Source: Woeseia sp. | Lineage (GTDB): Bacteria; Pseudomonadota; Gammaproteobacteria; Steroidobacterales; UBA11654 | Assembly: GCA_019653755.1 (NCBI GenBank) | Contig: BPCL01000004.1 | Location: forward strand, 5,524 to 69,523 | Direction of reading: 5' to 3' | DNA length: 64,000 bases | Shown here: piece after piece, positions 58,416 through 64,000 of the stretch | Layout: every line of letters begins with the position of its first letter | Numbering within the stretch: position 1 is the stretch's first letter | Notes under the pieces: model-generated | Told to the model about the DNA's origin: nothing | The model's input: only the letters and a program-made list of their open reading frames with translations | Databases searched by the model: none | Position numbers and translations under genes: made by a program

Positions 58416-58946
58416 ATGAGTGATACAGATAAAAAATCAGCAGAATTTATTCCGGTAGCAATCGCAATATTAACGATTTCTGATCGAAGAACCATGGAGA
58501 ATGATGATTCAGGTGATCTCTTGGTTAAAGAGATCGAAAGTTTTGGACACCTTCTAGAGGATCGAAAGCTTTGCAAGGATGATCGATATCAAATCAGATC
58601 TATTCTTTCTGATTGGATAGTTAATGATTCTGTCCAGGCTATTATCACCACTGGTGGAACTGGAATAACCGGCCACGACGGAACACCCGAAGCAGTTGAA
58701 CCTCTTCTTGATAAAATTATCGATGGTTTCGGTGAAATGTTCAGAAGTCTTTCATACCAGAATATTAAAACTTCCACTCTACAATCCCGAGCACTTGCTG
58801 GAGTTGCTAATGGAACATTTATTTTTTGCCTTCCCGGATCACCAGGCGCATGTAAAGATGGCTGGGACTTTCTAATCAAGGAACAATTAGATTCTCGGAC
58901 TAAACCGTGTAATTTAGTTGAATTAATGCCTAGACTTAAAGAGTAG
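58416..58946 (+). CDS. moaB: Molybdenum cofactor biosynthesis protein B (MoaB/MogA family)
   Basis: ILTISD.R....D.SG and TTGGTGITGHDGTPEA motifs. The ATG at 58416 is preferred over the TTG at 58392. Confidence 0.8.
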   Translation: MSDTDKKSAEFIPVAIAILTISDRRTMENDDSGDLLVKEIESFGHLLEDRKLCKDDRYQIRSILSDWIVNDSVQAIITTGGTGITGHDGTPEAVEPLLDKIIDGFGEMFRSLSYQNIKTSTLQSRALAGVANGTFIFCLPGSPGACKDGWDFLIKEQLDSRTKPCNLVELMPRLKE

Positions 58947-58956
58947 AAGTATCTGT

Positions 58957-59736
58957 ATGACCCAAGCTGCCTCATTAGAAACCCATATGTTTCCATGCTT
59001 AAGTGATAACTATGGCTTCTTAATCCACGATCCAATTCATAAAATAACAGCCACCATTGATACACCAGAGGTAACTGCTATTCAGAATGCTTTGGAGGAA
59101 AAAAATTGGTCCTTAACCCATATTATTAATACTCACCATCATTACGATCATGCCGGGGGCAATCTAGAATTAAAAAATATCACCGACTGCCATATTATTG
59201 GTCCAGAAGCAGATCAATCGAGAATCCCAGGAATTGACCAAACCATTGCTCACGAAGAAGAATTTCAGTTTGGCGAACATAAAGTAAAGGCCTTCCATAC
59301 CCCAGGTCATACTCTAGGACATATGGTTTATCATTTTGAAGAACAAAGCCTAGCCTTTGTTGGGGATACTTTATTTGCTATGGGCTGCGGAAGGCTCTTT
59401 GAAGGAACCCCAGAACAGATGTGGTCCTCACTTAACATCATTAAAGAGTGGCCTGAGAAGACCCAGTTATTTTGCGCTCATGAATACACTCAAGCTAACG
59501 CTGAATTTGCCCTTACAGTAGACCCTGATAATGAAGCTTTATTGAAACGAAAAATAGATGTGGAGAATCTAAGAAATAATAACCAGCCAACGGTGCCAAC
59601 AACTCTAAGCATAGAAAAAGACACCAATCCGTTTTTAAGGGCAAACGATAGCAATATCAAAGCTCATTTAGGTATGTCACAGTCCTCTGATCTTGAGACT
59701 TTTGCAGAAATAAGAAAGCGTAAAGACAACTTTTAA
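58957..59736 (+). CDS. gloB: Hydroxyacylglutathione hydrolase (glyoxalase II)
   Basis: CLSDNYGFLIHD, THHHYDHAGGN, TPGHTLGH, CAHEYT, and the NPFLR tail. Confidence 0.9.
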   Translation: MTQAASLETHMFPCLSDNYGFLIHDPIHKITATIDTPEVTAIQNALEEKNWSLTHIINTHHHYDHAGGNLELKNITDCHIIGPEADQSRIPGIDQTIAHEEEFQFGEHKVKAFHTPGHTLGHMVYHFEEQSLAFVGDTLFAMGCGRLFEGTPEQMWSSLNIIKEWPEKTQLFCAHEYTQANAEFALTVDPDNEALLKRKIDVENLRNNNQPTVPTTLSIEKDTNPFLRANDSNIKAHLGMSQSSDLETFAEIRKRKDNF

Positions 59737-59752
59737 TTATAATTATTAGTGT

Positions 59753-59829
59753 GCGCCCGTAGCTCAGCTGGATAGAGCGTGTGGCTACGAACCACAAGGT
59801 CGGGAGTTCGAATCTCTCCGGGCGCGCCA
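59753..59829 (+). tRNA. tRNA-Arg (anticodon ACG) with encoded CCA
   Basis: Acceptor GCGCCCG/CGGGCGC. D-loop AGCTCAGCTGGATAGAGC. Anticodon stem TGTGG/CCACA with loop CTACGAA. T-arm GGGAG-TTCGAAT-CTCTC. Ends G-CCA. Confidence 0.92.
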
Positions 59830-59842
59830 AAAGGAGAAAGAA

Positions 59843-60214
59843 ATGCGAAGAATAATTACCGGACATAATAACGAGGGCAAATCAGTCATTAAGATTGATG
59901 GGCCGCCACTAAGATCAGTTGGTGAAGATGTTGGAGGCTTATTTGAAATATGGAACACAGATGGAAACCCCATAGATAGTCTAGATGCCATAGACAGGAC
60001 CGATACAGAGATAATCCTTTCTCCCTCTCCGGGCGGATCAAAATTCAGATACTTCAAAATTAATCCCACACCTGAGGGTGTTCCTAGAGATGTTCTAGAG
60101 GAACTTGCAGCCCAAGCATTTAAAAGAGCATTGGTGCGGAGCATGAAAGAGTTGACACCACTAGACACCCGACAATGCATAAAACAAAAACCATTGATTA
60201 CATCATTCTCTTAG
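59843..60214 (+). CDS. Cupin-domain protein, N-terminal part (frame breaks near the A-run at 60122-60125)
   Basis: AAGGAG Shine-Dalgarno sequence. MRRIITGHNNEGKSVI..., typical of small cupin proteins. The tail after ..AAQAFK looks like out-of-frame sequence. Confidence 0.6.
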   Translation: MRRIITGHNNEGKSVIKIDGPPLRSVGEDVGGLFEIWNTDGNPIDSLDAIDRTDTEIILSPSPGGSKFRYFKINPTPEGVPRDVLEELAAQAFKRALVRSMKELTPLDTRQCIKQKPLITSFS

Positions 60215-60369
60215 AAGGTGATGTGACCCTACTCTTGGACGATGATGAGGTTCAATTGAAGCCTTTCGATGTCGTTGTGCAAAGAGGTACCAATCATGCA
60301 TGGATTAATAATGGTTCAGAGCCTGCTTTATTCATTGCGGTTTTAATTGACGCCGATATTACAGAATAG
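60175..60369 (+). CDS. Cupin-domain protein, C-terminal part
   Basis: This frame is open from 60124 and reads KSIGAEHERVDTTRHPTMHKTKTIDYIILLEGDVTLLLDDDEVQLKPFDVVVQRGTNHAW.N (cupin beta-barrel motifs). Confidence 0.65.
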   Translation: MHKTKTIDYIILLEGDVTLLLDDDEVQLKPFDVVVQRGTNHAWINNGSEPALFIAVLIDADITE

Positions 60370-60371
60370 CA

Positions 60372-61055
60372 ATGCTCTATCTGAAAACATTTCTAGGCAT
60401 TATTTTTCAGGTAAGCTTGTTTGGACTGTTTCTATTATTACCAGCCCCTAATTGGTATTGGCCCGATGCTTTCATTTGGCTGGTGTTTTATTTCCTCTTA
60501 AATCTTATTACCTCGTTCTGGATATGCGCCTATTATCCAGAGAGCATGGAAGCAAGATTAGAATCTGATTTTAAGAAGCAACCGAAAAACGACAAAATAG
60601 CCACCGCAATAATTATTATTGGCATAGCTCTGGCACTAAATATGATTGCTGTTGATGTCTTCTATCTGAATATTTTTGAAGCACCAAAAGAAGGCAGTCA
60701 TTTACTTGGCTTAGCTATCTTCACTCTTGGTTATGTCATTATATTATTCACGATGATTCAAAATGAATTTGCCCAATCAGTGGTTAATATTCAAGATGAA
60801 AGAGATCAGGTTTTGGTTGATACAGGACTTTATAGCTTTATCAGGCACCCAATGTATACGGGGTTCATGTTTTTCATCTCGGGAATGGCTCTTTGGTTAG
60901 GCAGTCTTTTTATGGCAACGCTAGGTACTTTGCTTTTAATGTGTGCCTTCATTCCCAGAATGATCATTGAAGAACAGACATTAGCCAATGAATTAGAGGG
61001 TTATGAAGATTATTTGAAAAGGGTTAAGTACAGATTATTACCGAAGATCTTCTAA
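60372..61055 (+). CDS. Isoprenylcysteine carboxyl methyltransferase (ICMT/PEMT-like) family membrane protein
   Basis: Multi-TM protein with the C-terminal motif LVDTGLYSFIRHPMYTG....EE..L... Confidence 0.75.
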   Translation: MLYLKTFLGIIFQVSLFGLFLLLPAPNWYWPDAFIWLVFYFLLNLITSFWICAYYPESMEARLESDFKKQPKNDKIATAIIIIGIALALNMIAVDVFYLNIFEAPKEGSHLLGLAIFTLGYVIILFTMIQNEFAQSVVNIQDERDQVLVDTGLYSFIRHPMYTGFMFFISGMALWLGSLFMATLGTLLLMCAFIPRMIIEEQTLANELEGYEDYLKRVKYRLLPKIF

Positions 61056-62066
61056 TCACTTAAGAGCAATAGAAGCCTTGCCATCTGTTGCCTCAGATAA
61101 ATCACCAAACCTTATGCTTCGCCATGCACTAATATCATTTTTTACGTAAGCATTTAAAAATGTGATGCTAGCAGAGGCTGCAATCTCAAGTTCTTCATAT
61201 TGAGGCGGGCCAGGCACATCAGTTCTACAAATAAGTCCCCCTAAATAATGATCAGCACCATCGATTAAAACATAGTGATGGGGTGCAAAAGATCGGGTCA
61301 TTGATTTGGGGACCTCATACTTGAAGGGTGCGTTAATGCGACCAGAACCGACATCACTAAAATCCTTAGTCCCTGTTGAAATTAATGTGGGTACTTTTAC
61401 CCCTTTCCAAGGATCTTCAGGCATTAACGCCATCGTGCTTGGATCACTAATCATCAACAGAACTTTAAATCGAGTCTCATTGGAAGTTTCTTCATAGCCA
61501 TCCATAGGGTTCACCAGAGTCATCCCAGCAACAATCATAGCCGTTGCTGCCCCCATTGAATGCCCGGCTGCTACCAGTTTAGTGGTATCAAGCTTATTCT
61601 CTAGATCTGGAACCAGCTCCTCTATGGAATCTAGAGAATCAACAATAAAACTCATGTCTTGTCTGCGGCTATCTGTCACAAATAGCATTTGCTGATACAT
61701 TTCTCTCATATTATCGCGTTTTGTAACAAAGCCCAGTGAGGTTGAATCAACATGAGTCGGCTGGATAACGACATAGCCATGACTCGCCCAATAATCAGTG
61801 AAACCTTTGTACATGTCTCCCTTGGATCCATTGCCATGGGAAAAAACAATAACAGGAAACCTAGTATCAGCAACAGGATAAGAGACTCTGACAGGTAATT
61901 GTTTATTTAATTTTTTGAACTCTAGAGAAAATTCAGCTGTTTTAATGTCATATTGAGGCTCAGAAAAAGAAAATTCATCGTCTAAAACAGAGCAAGATTG
62001 AATAGCAGAAAGACACAGCAGTGCAAATACAAACAAAAAATTTCTCTTCCTATAAGTCCATGACAT
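61056..62066 (-). CDS. Lipoprotein alpha/beta hydrolase (PAF-acetylhydrolase / dienelactone-hydrolase-like)
   Basis: Lipobox AIQSC. FPVIVFSHGNGSKGDMY...ASHGYVVIQPTH. Nucleophile elbow AAGHSMGAA. Confidence 0.7.
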   Translation of the reverse strand: MSWTYRKRNFLFVFALLCLSAIQSCSVLDDEFSFSEPQYDIKTAEFSLEFKKLNKQLPVRVSYPVADTRFPVIVFSHGNGSKGDMYKGFTDYWASHGYVVIQPTHVDSTSLGFVTKRDNMREMYQQMLFVTDSRRQDMSFIVDSLDSIEELVPDLENKLDTTKLVAAGHSMGAATAMIVAGMTLVNPMDGYEETSNETRFKVLLMISDPSTMALMPEDPWKGVKVPTLISTGTKDFSDVGSGRINAPFKYEVPKSMTRSFAPHHYVLIDGADHYLGGLICRTDVPGPPQYEELEIAASASITFLNAYVKNDISAWRSIRFGDLSEATDGKASIALK

Positions 62067-62124
62067 AATTAAATTATAAACATTTTTTACCCACCTTTAT
62101 CTTTATTTATTACAATGCTTGTCT

Positions 62125-62589
62125 ATGAAAAGAAATATTAAAAAAACCATCCATTGGGTAATTGCGTTCTCAACGATTAGTTTGATTACTGCTTGCTCAG
62201 AACCCGAAAGTACCGGAGAAGAAATGTCAATCACTGGCACCATTGTTACCAGTGAGAACTTTGAAGGAAAAACTTTTCACGTATCTATGTTTCATGCCCA
62301 GTCTGGGATTGGGTTTCAACAACACCCATTATATGAAATAGAATCATTTACAACTCAGTCACCTAATTTTGAGCATAGCTTTCTATATTCGCCTGAAGGC
62401 AATACTGGATTAGTGGTTTATGCTTGGCTAGATAACGATGGAGATGGAATCAACTGTACAGTGTCATCTAGGAACGATGTAGCAGGCGCGGATGTAAACG
62501 AAGATTTTCCAAATTCAAAGAAAAATTACTCTATTGAATTAACAGACAAATGTGTCGGACCCGATTGGTTCTATCCTGCTGCTGACTAA
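62125..62589 (+). CDS. Small lipoprotein, unknown function
   Basis: MKRNIKKTIHWVIAFSTISLITAC (lipobox). Contains a DNDGDG Ca-binding-like motif. The ATG at 62125 lies within an ORF open from 62119. Confidence 0.5.
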   Translation: MKRNIKKTIHWVIAFSTISLITACSEPESTGEEMSITGTIVTSENFEGKTFHVSMFHAQSGIGFQQHPLYEIESFTTQSPNFEHSFLYSPEGNTGLVVYAWLDNDGDGINCTVSSRNDVAGADVNEDFPNSKKNYSIELTDKCVGPDWFYPAAD

Positions 62590-63911
62590 GCTTCACTCGT
62601 TTGTTTTGGTGTAGGGGCTACCTTGTTAACATAGATAGCAAACAAGGCAACAACGACATTACAAACACCAATAAATATAAACGGCGCAGAAGGATCAATA
62701 GCATCAAAGATTCGACCTCCAATCCCCGTTGAAATTAAAATTCCAAGGGCTCCAGCGAGATTAAATACTGCAACGATAGCTCCCCGTTTCATTGGGGGTG
62801 CTTCCTGACCCAATAGTGTGGTTGCTGCAAAAAAAGCGCATTGTTGGCCAACACCAAGCAGCATAAAGAGCGGTCTATAAGTTGGGTCAAGCACATTACC
62901 AACAAAGAACATTGACAGATAACCTGCTGCTGCTAAAGCCATGCAAACACTTACAGCAATGATGCGATCAACTTTATCAATTAGATAACCGATGATTGGA
63001 GAAGCGATAAGAGCAGATGTGGAGGCTGTGACAAATATTAGTCTCGCCGCCTTTGTGGCTTCAGAAGTTGTCATGCCCATATCAGTCCCAGCCGCAACTC
63101 CCCAAAGGACTAAGAAAGTCCCAAGAATAACCAAATCACTTCTTGCTACAAAAGCAGCAGCATAGGCTAATAATATCCTCGGATTTCTGCTCTCCTCGAA
63201 GCCAGATTTTACCTGTGTCAAATAAGGGATCTTTTTCTGTTCTTCTGTAGGGGTGCCTTTTTGCAAGCCAAAGGCGACAACAATGGCCGTGGTTAGACAC
63301 ATGCCTGCAACTACCCACATTGCATATTTTCCAGCTGTAATTTGGTCGTAGCCCATCTGTGCAAAGTTTTCTGGCAAACGAGCAAAAACCAAAGAAACAA
63401 GAATCACTCCCGTGGCATTGAGTATGCCTGTGACAGCTAGCATCTTGCCTCGCGTTCGATCCTGAGGGTAGTCTGCGTTTACGGTTCCCAGCATTCCTGT
63501 GGCCGCACCCATACCAATGGCATAAATGACTCTATAGACAGTTAATTCGCCAATCCCAGTTGCTAGGGGGTAAAGAAAATAAGACAGCCCCATTGCAGCC
63601 ATACCAAAAGAATAGACTTGTCGCCTACCTATCTTGTCGGCTATCAGTCCGACTGGAAGAAACACCATTAATAATGCTATTTCTGCAACAACCTGAAGAT
63701 CGCCTACAATTGTCCCTATTGATTCACGTTGATACTCGAGATTCTCGATAAGCACATAAGTGGTCGCGTAAGAGATAAAAGTTAATAAACCGATGGTAGT
63801 TAGTGCGCCATAACAGAGTGAGAAAAAATTAGTTTTAGTAACCCCCTCAACCAAATCAATTCTAAATTTACCTTTGGGTAAAAAGTTTAAACTCACGTAT
63901 GACTGACTCAT
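62586..63911 (-). CDS. Major facilitator superfamily transporter
   Basis: About 12 TM segments, with the MFS loop motif ADKIGRRQV between TM2 and TM3. Confidence 0.85.
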   Translation of the reverse strand: MSQSYVSLNFLPKGKFRIDLVEGVTKTNFFSLCYGALTTIGLLTFISYATTYVLIENLEYQRESIGTIVGDLQVVAEIALLMVFLPVGLIADKIGRRQVYSFGMAAMGLSYFLYPLATGIGELTVYRVIYAIGMGAATGMLGTVNADYPQDRTRGKMLAVTGILNATGVILVSLVFARLPENFAQMGYDQITAGKYAMWVVAGMCLTTAIVVAFGLQKGTPTEEQKKIPYLTQVKSGFEESRNPRILLAYAAAFVARSDLVILGTFLVLWGVAAGTDMGMTTSEATKAARLIFVTASTSALIASPIIGYLIDKVDRIIAVSVCMALAAAGYLSMFFVGNVLDPTYRPLFMLLGVGQQCAFFAATTLLGQEAPPMKRGAIVAVFNLAGALGILISTGIGGRIFDAIDPSAPFIFIGVCNVVVALFAIYVNKVAPTPKQTSEA

Positions 63912-63939
63912 GTAATTCCCCTATGATATGAAGTGTCGA

Positions 63940-63977
63940 AAAAAACTATCAAAGATTATAAACTTCTTATCTTTGAT
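63940..63977 (-). terminator. Weak rho-independent-terminator-like hairpin (or operator) upstream of the MFS gene
   Basis: On the minus strand: ATCAAAGAT, an 11-nt loop, ATCTTTGAT (9-bp perfect stem, AT-rich), then AG and TTTTTTT (63946-63940). Confidence 0.35.
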
Positions 63978-64000
63978 GAGTAAAGAATAGATGACAGATA

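Noticed and set aside
59830-63911. Genomic island inserted at tRNA-Arg (cupin, ICMT-like, two lipoproteins, MFS)
   Set aside because: No integrase. I could not find a direct repeat of the tRNA 3' end downstream. There is no visible compositional break and no mobility genes.

Overview
This is an AT-rich, very tightly packed chromosomal segment. It looks like a streamlined, probably marine gammaproteobacterium; the taxon is inferred from gene order and content only. I can support about 75 coding ORFs, 2 tRNAs (Leu-CAA, Arg-ACG), one TPP riboswitch and one weak terminator-like hairpin. I saw no rRNA, CRISPR array, transposase, phage genes or recognisable defence system; xerD is the only recombinase.

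Layout:
- 1-16.6 kb: a housekeeping block in E. coli-like order (guaB | xseA | der-bamB-yfgM-hisS-rlmN-ndk-iscA-iscU-like-iscS-trmJ | suhB | secF-secD-yajC-tgt-queA), with several expected genes missing.
- 20-25.6 kb: a seven-gene TonB2-type energy-transduction cluster.
- 26-42 kb: mixed metabolism (ETF-QO, gpmA, tesB, folE, mobA/moaC, a CoA-transferase, a LeuCD-like dehydratase and HMG-CoA lyase). This stretch also holds phosphate-acquisition genes (e(P4)-like phosphatase, PhoA, porin, PitA, DUF47).
- 42.3-50.9 kb: the most interesting locus. A clear TPP riboswitch abuts the start codon of a TonB-dependent receptor. Five tightly packed genes follow on the same strand, and none is a known thiamine gene: a tandem alpha/beta-hydrolase, an FAD-linked oxidase, a ~600-aa lipoprotein, a Tat-signal protein and a lipoprotein cytochrome c.
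- 52.8-58.3 kb: a beta-alanine/malonate-semialdehyde catabolic operon carrying moaA.

Five genes (xseA, yfgM, the large lipoprotein, the FAD oxidase, a cupin) are each split into two ORFs. Every split has the same net frame change, and four of the five have a short A or G run as candidate site, so homopolymer miscalls are more likely than real pseudogenes. All functional calls come from motifs read by eye in the translations; no database search was run.
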